62,358 nt of DNA from Candidatus Kaiserbacteria bacterium (GTDB lineage Bacteria; Patescibacteriota; Minisyncoccia; Phycocordibacterales; UBA2100), in assembly GCA_028286865.1 (NCBI GenBank), contig JAQBQU010000016.1, positions 1 through 62,358 of the forward strand, in the 5' to 3' direction. The notes beneath the pieces were generated by a model. It worked only from the letters and a program-made list of their open reading frames with translations, was not told the DNA's origin and did no database searches. How positions within the stretch are numbered: the stretch's first letter is position 1; every line of letters starts with the position of its first letter. This document shows, piece after piece, positions 53,201 through 59,982 of the stretch. The translations under genes and the position numbers were made by a program.

Positions 53201-54272
53201 CAATTCGATCACCTCGTTCTCCGAATCTGTTATTGACACACCCGTCTTGGTCACCAGGGCTCGATGGACGAGTTTCACTAATTCTCGCGTCGCCTCGATA
53301 AGCGGTAATTCCGGGGTCATAACGAACACCGGTTCATACTCCGTAACCCCGATACCGACGGGTACTGCGACACCGCTGGTGCCGGCCGGAGGTTCGACCG
53401 CGGGCGCATGGGTGAATGTGAAAGATCCGGTAGGGAGTTGTGCTGCCGCGCTCGGCAACGGCACCGATGAGACGGCGGCGATCCAGTGTCATCTCACATA
53501 TATGTACCAAACGTACGGGAGCGGTGTCGTCTTTTTCCCGCCCGGCACGTACCGCGTATCGGGCGGCGGTGTCTTCGTACAAGGAGGTGTGCAGATCATC
53601 GGTTCCGGAGGGAACGTCACCTCATTCGTGACCTCTGTAGACTCGACGGTCATCACGTTCGATTCTGCTTCTTGCAATCGTCCTGCAATGGCGAGCGTAT
53701 TCGTCCTTGGCTACGAGAATGAATCTGCTCAAAATCCCGTGGTCACGGTCGGAGAGAACTGCGCGGCAACGATCCGCGACGCCTACATCTGGATGGGCGG
53801 ATATGCGCTCTACAACAAAGGCGTCGGCGGGGTCGTGGAGAACTCATTTATCAACGGATACACGGCGGGCGTCGCATCACTCGGGTCGAACTGGTACGTG
53901 CGCGACAAACTCGACAGTTCGGCATCCCACACCACATACTCGTTCTTGCAGGGATCCCCCGCCCCTGGCGTATCGAGCGCCACCAACTATCTCCTGATGC
54001 CTGATTTTTCCGGAAACTTTTCCTACAGCGTTGCTATCATCGACCCCACGCATACGGCGGTCACCGTGATAGACGGAGGGGTGACCTCTTCTCCGTTCCT
54101 CATAAACGGAGGGGCATCTACAAGCATCATCAACAGCGAACTCGGCGGCGCATTCACGCTCAACAACGGCGGCAACGTGTCGTTCATCGGCTCGTACGGC
54201 TTCTCGCCGTTGAATATCGTCGCCAATGGCAGCAATGTGACCGGCAATACCAACCACAACATTTCGTTCTAG
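50226..54272 (+). CDS. giant secreted multidomain protein: 2x PG_binding_1, 2x Ig-like repeat, SGNH/GDSL hydrolase, 4-Cys module, 2x pectate-lyase-3-like beta-helix
   Basis: 1348 aa with a signal peptide and two PG-binding repeats. GDSIT...GGNDI...DGTHPTPAGY is the SGNH block. Two DDTAAMQCHLNYMYNTYGGGIVYVPPGTYRVSGG-type beta-helix caps are present. TACAAT lies 7 nt before the ATG. Confidence 0.85.
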   Translation: MRYAWGLLFALFLLPTFAAADTCPALSLGSRGASVTAVQKILYAAYANFPLPTGTFDSTTQTALKQWQKEHGISQTGTVGPLTGAAMKLCVAASTVVANPVPTTTAVSGTRTLSRGLSGSDVVALQQFLISQNLLAAGNATGFFGALTEAAVQSFQRARNIVSTGSPATTGYGAVGPKTRGVIANSTSTTTITTNPTTGPTTTSVPPVTTPVITTVQPIITTVPVSGPTASLTGNGASSLTVRVGDTVNFVWSSNSGASARSTYATEVPNVCGASGSGPFPWVANTLSGTISSGAIPACWAGHTSTGTYIVTDSAGRSASASFVLKVLSADSGPTATLTANGSNSLAVHVGDSINYAWSSTGGTSARSTYTTESPNVCGQTGSGPFPWVVNTLSGTLSSGAIPTCWGGHTVTETFTVTDSAGRTASSVVTANVLSAGPVASVFEGDSITVNNDATSWPNKLMTINSRLGGGVLYNFAQNGDNAAAMVGEYTTEAHQKKPAAGGEAYFFLFAGGNDILGDVTAAATYANLKTLWANARADGYRVVAFTIMNRTTFTGSKATQWAALNNLILSDRTLYDYVVRADLALPDPTSSTNFADGTHPTPAGYAVIANAVNNALTASVDLKGNGSDGPVNAKVGDSVTWSWTSQGVTSCAQSYTGTSTGAPADWGTSGTKVIGPYPSSAAGSYTILMACTTSSGGTVSDTVQLNVAAATNASCTVGGVTIASGASQTFYSSQSVASGSSCSAVSQTRTCTNGVLSGSASYQYASCSAATATAGWDNVKTAVGNCSAATGNGSTDDTAAMQCHLNYMYNTYGGGIVYVPPGTYRVSGGGLTIQGGTELIGEGKTVSVIKTTSDSPVLTFDTTCRSYPAASKLSIYGYENAAATSDTVTIGFNCPVNLRDDDIRYGHNGLTNRGVDGFIADTSIFGFNASVVSYGANWYLRDTFASVGGYSSAYGFYQGVSQGGLQENHLTQTTITGNQTYGVVIADADTINSITSFSESVIDTPVLVTRARWTSFTNSRVASISGNSGVITNTGSYSVTPIPTGTATPLVPAGGSTAGAWVNVKDPVGSCAAALGNGTDETAAIQCHLTYMYQTYGSGVVFFPPGTYRVSGGGVFVQGGVQIIGSGGNVTSFVTSVDSTVITFDSASCNRPAMASVFVLGYENESAQNPVVTVGENCAATIRDAYIWMGGYALYNKGVGGVVENSFINGYTAGVASLGSNWYVRDKLDSSASHTTYSFLQGSPAPGVSSATNYLLMPDFSGNFSYSVAIIDPTHTAVTVIDGGVTSSPFLINGGASTSIINSELGGAFTLNNGGNVSFIGSYGFSPLNIVANGSNVTGNTNHNISF
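50904..51539 (+). repeat. 2 x 318-nt (106-aa) in-frame tandem repeat
   Basis: The units start at GPTASLTGNG (50904) and GPTATLTANG (51222). Both contain ...ARSTY.TE.PNVCG..GSGPFPWV.NTLSGT.SSGAIP.CW.GHT... Confidence 0.85.
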
Positions 54273-54321
54273 AGACAGAGCTCACTTATTCAGTCGGGTC
54301 TGCCCCAAGCAGCCAAAAGCG

Positions 54322-54356
54322 AAAGTCCCGGGCCATTGATGGCCCGGGACTTTTCT
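54322..54356. terminator. bidirectional terminator AAAGTCCCGGGCC-attgat-GGCCCGGGACTTT
   Basis: 13-bp stem with A/T flanks between convergent genes. Confidence 0.8.
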
Positions 54357-54610
54357 TAGAACATCGACTTCTCATCCGCTATGGCGGTGCCGGAGTAATT
54401 CACCACGCGCGCCGGGATGAAATAGGCGGTGAGCCCAAGAACGTCCTTTGCTGCCGCGTCCCTGAGCTTCTGTTCGATCGGAGGCAGTTCTTTGCCCGAG
54501 TAGGGGCCTATAAACATCGTCCCCCCGATCAGTCGTTGCGTCAGGCCGAGACTTGAAACGATCTTATCCTGCTCGCCTCCGGCGATAAGGATCAGTGTTT
54601 TTTCCGACAT
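54356..54610 (-). CDS. hypothetical small protein
   Basis: 84 aa from MSEKTLILIAGGEQD. An AGGAG SD lies 9 nt upstream of ATG 54610. Confidence 0.55.
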   Translation of the reverse strand: MSEKTLILIAGGEQDKIVSSLGLTQRLIGGTMFIGPYSGKELPPIEQKLRDAAAKDVLGLTAYFIPARVVNYSGTAIADEKSMF

Positions 54611-54801
54611 GCTCGTGGACTCCTGTGAGAGATTGTTCAATCTGAATAATAACATCTATTGAGTGATTTGTCAATTATATTTAGGATGACGAAAGATACG
54701 CTCTATAAACAACCGAGTTATGCAAATTGCGCCGACGAACCATAGTCACAGGTTTTTCAAAAAAACGCAGAACAGCGTTTCCTGTGCGCTAGAATATACG
54801 A

Positions 54802-55284
54802 ATGACACATCGACAAGAACTATTGCTTGGCATCGTCGCGATACTTATTCTCATCGCCGCGATCTACCTCTTCGGTCACCCGTCCCAAAAAATAAGGGCC
54901 AGATTCAATACAAAGAGCATCGATCTCCCGGTGCCGACGGGCCCGAGCGCCACAGAGGCAGCGCAATTGAAAGCGAGTACCGGATTTCAGGAGCTTGTTT
55001 CGTATACCGATGGGGGATTTGCCCCCGGGAAGCTTTCGGTCAAGAAAGGCGACACGGTCCGATTCACGAATAGTTCAAAAGCAGATCTCTGGGTCGCCGC
55101 GACCGGGGCATCGGGCTCGGTATATCCCGGAAAGACCGTCGATGAATGCGGGCAAAGTGCCTTCGATTCGTGCCGCGTCATCGCGCCCGGAGGATTCTGG
55201 GAATTCACTTTCGACACTGCAGGCACGTGGGGATATCAGAATAACCGTGATACTGCCATGACAGGCATGATCGTTATCCAATGA
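54802..55284 (+). CDS. membrane-anchored cupredoxin-like domain protein
   Basis: 160 aa. A TM helix is followed by GKLSVKKGDTVRFTNSSKADLWVAA...WEFTFDTAGTWGYQN, a cupredoxin/EfeO-N-like pattern. I saw no obvious Cu ligand set. TAGAAT lies 6 nt before the ATG. Confidence 0.65.
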   Translation: MTHRQELLLGIVAILILIAAIYLFGHPSQKIRARFNTKSIDLPVPTGPSATEAAQLKASTGFQELVSYTDGGFAPGKLSVKKGDTVRFTNSSKADLWVAATGASGSVYPGKTVDECGQSAFDSCRVIAPGGFWEFTFDTAGTWGYQNNRDTAMTGMIVIQ

Positions 55285-57122
55285 AAAAGACTCTACTTGT
55301 CCTCCTGCTTCTGATCGTCCCGCAGTTCGTATTCGCAGGCGCTGCTTACTACACAACGCCCGGATCGTATGGTTTTACCGTGCCTGCATACGGTACGCTT
55401 ACCGTTCAAGTATGGGGCGGAGGAGGAGGCGGGTCGTATTGGAATGACGCGCAATCAGGAACGTATTCGGCATTCGATTCAGTCGTCGGATACGGAGGTG
55501 TCGGTCCCCACGGTGTTGTCGGATATATCTCATGTATGCCATGTGCGCAGTTTGAGCCGGGAGGGCCGGGCGGCGGCGCATCAGGTGGTGACATAAACAT
55601 TGCTGGAGACAACGGTCAGGATGGGCCCGCCAGTAGTGGCGGCGCGAGTCCGTATGGCGGCAGCGGTGGCGCTTTTGGAGGCAGAGGTGCGCAGGGCGCT
55701 CCGGGAGGCGCTCCGGGAGGCGGAGGAAGCGGTGCGTCGCCCGCGCAAGGTGGATTTGTTATATATGGTGGCGGTGGCGGTGGCGGTGGATTTTCCCAAA
55801 AGACCTATTCATCCGGAGCACTTCCTCCTGCCGTTACGATCGTAGTTGGTAGCGGTGGAGCCGGTAGCCCAACCTATTATGGCGATCCTACTAGAGGTGG
55901 TGATGGAGCCTCCGGCGCCGTATATGTATATTGGACCGACCTGCCCCCCGCCTCCTGCGTCGTCTCCGTATCTCCGAATCCCGCTTCCTATTCATCGAGT
56001 GGAACGGCGACGCTCTCGTGGTCTTCGAGCAATGCAGATTCGTGGACCTATATAAATAATGTGGGATATCTCACCGGACCCGGTAGCTCATTCCAAGTCG
56101 CCCGTACCGCTTCCACCGATTACTCCTGCTACGCACAAGGTTCAGGCGGCTCCGACGGCTGGCACGCGTATACCTTCACCGTGACCCCTCCGCAACCCAC
56201 CCTCACCATCTCTGCCGATTCCACTTCGATCAACACCGGACAAACGACTGTCATTCACTCGACATATGCAGCCGGGGCGGGGGATTCGATGCAAGACACT
56301 GCATTCAATGAAGTACCGCCCGGAAGCGCGGAAGTGAATCTGCGAGCGGTCGGTGTCGCATACGGCACGTCCCCCGATACCCAGTACAACTACACGTTCA
56401 CACCATCGACTGCCGGAACATATGTTTTCAAACCGTATGCGATCACGTCGGCGTATAATTCATGGAATACATACGGACAGAGTGTTTCGGTCACCGTTAC
56501 TGCAAATGCTCCCTGCACACTCAACGGCGTCACTATGCAAAGCGGCGAATCTCACACCTTCTACAGCTCCCAAACGTCTCCGACCGGCCAGGTCTGCTCA
56601 GCCATATCTCAAACAAGAACGTGCACCAATGGCACACTCTCCGGAAGCTCCTCATATCAATACAGCTCCTGCACGTGCGCACCGCTGTACTCCTGCTCGG
56701 GCAACAATGTGACATACACCAACGGAAGCTGCTCCACCTCCACCGTCGCATCCTGCGTATCTCCGCAGTACTGCTCTCCCGGGACTCCTACATGTGTGAC
56801 GCCGCCACCAACCTTCACGAGCGGTACCTCCACATACAACGGTGTCGTCTTCAACTCCACCGGACATATCATCGCAAAGCCCCAGCTCCTCTCTCCCGGT
56901 GCTACCGCTCGCATCTACTGGAACATCTCAAACGTATCCTCATGCACCACGACCGGAAGCAACGGCGACTCATGGACCGGCGCATCCTCCGGCTCGGCAG
57001 GGAAGGCCACCGCCGCTATCACCCAGCAGACCACGTTCACGCTGCGCTGTACCGGACTCGATGCGTCACATATCAATGAGAGTGCGACGGTGAATGTTAT
57101 TCCGGTGTTTCAGGAGCAGTGA
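55281..57122 (+). CDS. secreted glycine-rich-domain protein with Ig-like modules and a 4-Cys module
   Basis: 613 aa with signal peptide MKKTLLVLLLLIVPQFVFA. A ~190-aa Gly-rich block (VWGGGGGGS...GGGGGGGGF...GGDGASGAVYVYW) is followed by Ig-like segments. ATGA overlap with the upstream gene. Confidence 0.8.
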   Translation: MKKTLLVLLLLIVPQFVFAGAAYYTTPGSYGFTVPAYGTLTVQVWGGGGGGSYWNDAQSGTYSAFDSVVGYGGVGPHGVVGYISCMPCAQFEPGGPGGGASGGDINIAGDNGQDGPASSGGASPYGGSGGAFGGRGAQGAPGGAPGGGGSGASPAQGGFVIYGGGGGGGGFSQKTYSSGALPPAVTIVVGSGGAGSPTYYGDPTRGGDGASGAVYVYWTDLPPASCVVSVSPNPASYSSSGTATLSWSSSNADSWTYINNVGYLTGPGSSFQVARTASTDYSCYAQGSGGSDGWHAYTFTVTPPQPTLTISADSTSINTGQTTVIHSTYAAGAGDSMQDTAFNEVPPGSAEVNLRAVGVAYGTSPDTQYNYTFTPSTAGTYVFKPYAITSAYNSWNTYGQSVSVTVTANAPCTLNGVTMQSGESHTFYSSQTSPTGQVCSAISQTRTCTNGTLSGSSSYQYSSCTCAPLYSCSGNNVTYTNGSCSTSTVASCVSPQYCSPGTPTCVTPPPTFTSGTSTYNGVVFNSTGHIIAKPQLLSPGATARIYWNISNVSSCTTTGSNGDSWTGASSGSAGKATAAITQQTTFTLRCTGLDASHINESATVNVIPVFQEQ

Positions 57123-57186
57123 TGGTGAGTGAGAGATTTCCCCACATCATCCCTGACCTTTCTCGCGGGCATGTCACAATAGGGAC

Positions 57187-58167
57187 GTGAATACCTCTCG
57201 CTCACTCGTTCTCTCGGTCACACTTCTTGCCGGGCTGCTACTGAGTGGCTCCGCCTCCGCCTGGACCGGCCCCACCGCCTCACCGCCGAGTGCCAACGTG
57301 TCAGCTCCCCTCAACGTCAGCACCGCCGACCAGCTCAAGCACGGATGGATCGGACTCGATTCGCTCTCGATCTTCGATCATATGATCATCTCCGGTGCCG
57401 TGAACAGTCCGAACACCGTCCGCTACCTCAACTTCGGATCTACCTGGGACGCAGCAGGATATGGTATCCGTGACAATGCGGGTACTTTGGAATTTAAAAA
57501 CTCCGGCGGCTCATGGACATCGCTGCAGTCGACCATCTACAACTACTGCGCGGACGAGGGATGTGGTGGTAGCACTCCGGACTGGACGAATATCACCGGC
57601 AAGCCCTTCAATTGGGCAGGACAGACCGGCCAGCCGTCATGGCTCTGGGGATCCAATGACGGAGTTGATTATTATGTGTGGAACCCAAGCAATTTCAATG
57701 TTAACTACGCGAACTCGGCAGGTGCTGTCCCGTGGTCGGGCGTCTCGGGCAAACCCTTCAACTGGAATGGCCAAAGCGGCCAGCCGTCATGGCTCTGGGG
57801 ATCCAATGACGGCGCCAATTACTATGTCTGGAATCCGAGCAATTTCAACGTGGCTTCTGTAGGAGGCTATGGTGCCGAAGGATTGCTCAAGTACGACACA
57901 TGGGGGAGAGGATCAACATACTATGCATCCAATGGTGATTCATATCTTGCGTGGCGAGGACAGTGGCTCTCCACCATTGTGGACAATCTTCCCGGACGGC
58001 TGGGCGGTCAGTTCTGGGTGGGTCAAGTCGAGGGCGGGTACAACGCCTGTCCTTCAGGATCTATCATGGTCGGGACCAATCTGTGGCTCAGCTATTATTT
58101 TGGCGGAGAGCCTGAAATGCATATAACTCCATACACAAACGTATTGTGCCAATGGATCAGCCAATAA
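57187..58167 (+). CDS. secreted fibre-like protein, paralog A
   Basis: 326 aa with GTG start (TGtCACAAT-N6) and a signal peptide ending SASA/WTGPTASPPS. The conserved N-domain is shared with paralog B. There are two 50-aa W..(I/V)(T/S)GKPFNW.GQ.GQPSWLWGSNDG..YYVWNPSNFNV repeats. Confidence 0.8.
   Translation: MNTSRSLVLSVTLLAGLLLSGSASAWTGPTASPPSANVSAPLNVSTADQLKHGWIGLDSLSIFDHMIISGAVNSPNTVRYLNFGSTWDAAGYGIRDNAGTLEFKNSGGSWTSLQSTIYNYCADEGCGGSTPDWTNITGKPFNWAGQTGQPSWLWGSNDGVDYYVWNPSNFNVNYANSAGAVPWSGVSGKPFNWNGQSGQPSWLWGSNDGANYYVWNPSNFNVASVGGYGAEGLLKYDTWGRGSTYYASNGDSYLAWRGQWLSTIVDNLPGRLGGQFWVGQVEGGYNACPSGSIMVGTNLWLSYYFGGEPEMHITPYTNVLCQWISQ
57583..57882 (+). repeat. 2 x 150-nt in-frame tandem repeat inside fibre paralog A
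   Basis: A 35-nt identical core GGCCAGCCGTCATGGCTCTGGGGATCCAATGACGG lies at 57628-57662 and 57778-57812. Confidence 0.85.
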
Positions 58168-58168
58168 T

Positions 58169-58735
58169 ATGAAAAGCGAACCAATTATTCAGATATTGAT
58201 TGCTGCCGTTGTCCTACTCGCGCTCGGCGAAGCCTATCTCGTGCACGACAATGCCCAATTGCGACACGTCGCTTCGGTAGCCGGCATCGGGCAATTTCCG
58301 ACAGGAGTCACTACGAGCCCTATAACTGGCTCGAGCACTGTGGCGGGCCCGATCGCTCCCTCGAATATATTGGCGACAATTGTAGGTACCATTACAGCCA
58401 ACAACGATTCGCAGTTTATTCTCAGCGCCGGTATTGTCACCAAAACCATATCAATAGACTCCTCCACGACTATCGTAATGCAAGGGAAACTGAAAGATTC
58501 CGCTCAATATGCCGATGATATGGAAGCCTTTCGTGCGTCATCGATGAAATTAGCAGAGGATCTGTCGAAGAACAGAGCTGCGCTTCAGTCTTTGATCGCA
58601 CCATCATCCCATGTCGAGACGAGTATTCATGCGTCGCAGATCACGGCCGGGAGTATCGCTTCCGTCTATTACACGATCGTCGGCGGCGAAGCGCATGCAT
58701 TCAAAATAATTGTGATGTCTGCCGGCACTAACTGA
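58169..58735 (+). CDS. small membrane-anchored partner protein, paralog A
   Basis: 188 aa with an N-terminal TM helix (IIQILIAAVVLLALGEAYL). The ATG lies 1 nt after the fibre gene's TAA (CAATAATATG junction). Confidence 0.7.
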   Translation: MKSEPIIQILIAAVVLLALGEAYLVHDNAQLRHVASVAGIGQFPTGVTTSPITGSSTVAGPIAPSNILATIVGTITANNDSQFILSAGIVTKTISIDSSTTIVMQGKLKDSAQYADDMEAFRASSMKLAEDLSKNRAALQSLIAPSSHVETSIHASQITAGSIASVYYTIVGGEAHAFKIIVMSAGTN

Positions 58736-58817
58736 GCTGCTTGAGATGGAAATACCGCGGTCACTCCTTCTCCCCATGAGAGCGAATTTGTCAGAAAACG
58801 AGATGTATAATTGCCTA

Positions 58818-59981
58818 GTGAAGAAAGAATTATCTAAGAAGATATTTTCACTCCTCATCGCTGGCTTAATCGGGAGCGTTGCGACCTCCGCCTCCGCCTG
58901 GACCGGCCCCACCGCCTCACCGCCAAGCGGCAACGTCGCGGCCCCGCTGAACGTCAGTACCGCCGACCAGCTCAAGCACGGATGGATCGGACTCGACTCG
59001 ATGTCCATCCTCAATCACCTCATCATCTCCGGCGCAGCAAACACTCCCAACACCGTCCGCTACCTCAATTTCGGTGCGACCTGGGACGCTGCGGGATACG
59101 GTATCCGCGACAATGCCGGCACCCTTGAGTTCAAGAACTCGGGCGGTACGTGGGCGAGCATTCAGAGTACGGTGAATACGCTGGTGGGTAATGGCGGGCA
59201 GTGGACCACCTCCGGATCAAACATTTATTACAACACCGGGAATGTGGGGGTGGGGACGGCGAGTCCGACGTACGCACTGACGGTGACCAGCGGTAACAAA
59301 GCAATCTCCGTGGGAGAAGGGACGGGTAGTGATGCAGATGGTCGGCTGGTCATGGGGTGGACCTCGGCTTCAGGAGCAACACCCGCGTGGGCCAATATCA
59401 GCGCATATCAAGGCGGCTATAGAAAGCTGCAGATCGAAGCGAGTCCGCTGGTTCTTAATAGCAATGGCAGTAACGTGGGCATCGGAACTATGAATCCTGC
59501 AGGAAGATTGGAATCAGACTCAAACGGTGCGGGAGTGTGGGCCGGCATGTTCAACTACGGCGCGGGAGCACCTTCCGGCGCCTATGGAATTTGGACCTAT
59601 GGCACCTCATACGCACTCTATGCGCAGGGCCCAGTCGTAACCACCGGCAATGTGAGTGTAGGCAGTGCCGTTCTTGGAACCAATGGCGATCTCTACATGC
59701 CGTGGAAGGGTCAATGGCTCTCCACGGTCTTGAGTAATCTCCCGGGCAGGCTCGGGGGTCAGTTCTGGGTCGCAGCGTATGCATGGAACGGTATTAGCGA
59801 TCCGAATTGGACGGGGCGTCAGGGATACCTAGACATGTGTCCGTCAGGATCTATTGTGGTGGGGACGTATCAGGAAAATACACAAATTCCTGTCTCGGAT
59901 CCAAATGACGGATACACGAGAGGTCACGCGGCTGTCGACGCCCAGTATAATCAGGTTCTCTGTCAATGGATCACTCAATAA
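58818..59981 (+). CDS. secreted fibre-like protein, paralog B
   Basis: 387 aa from GTG 58818 (TATAAT 58806-58811 + N6) with signal peptide (M)KKELSKKIFSLLIAGLIGSVATSASA/WTGPTASPPS. The N-terminal ~95 aa are near-identical to paralog A and the C-terminal half is different. The track's longer ORF starts at 58746. Confidence 0.78.
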   Translation: MKKELSKKIFSLLIAGLIGSVATSASAWTGPTASPPSGNVAAPLNVSTADQLKHGWIGLDSMSILNHLIISGAANTPNTVRYLNFGATWDAAGYGIRDNAGTLEFKNSGGTWASIQSTVNTLVGNGGQWTTSGSNIYYNTGNVGVGTASPTYALTVTSGNKAISVGEGTGSDADGRLVMGWTSASGATPAWANISAYQGGYRKLQIEASPLVLNSNGSNVGIGTMNPAGRLESDSNGAGVWAGMFNYGAGAPSGAYGIWTYGTSYALYAQGPVVTTGNVSVGSAVLGTNGDLYMPWKGQWLSTVLSNLPGRLGGQFWVAAYAWNGISDPNWTGRQGYLDMCPSGSIVVGTYQENTQIPVSDPNDGYTRGHAAVDAQYNQVLCQWITQ

Positions 59982-59982
59982 T

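Noticed and set aside
57187-59981. Diversity-generating retroelement (TR/VR pair) explaining the conserved/variable structure of the two fibre paralogs.
   Set aside because: No reverse transcriptase is present in the window. Mismatches between the near-identical N-terminal DNA segments are not restricted to adenine positions (G/A, T/C and C/G differences all occur). The divergent regions are unalignable rather than point-mutated.
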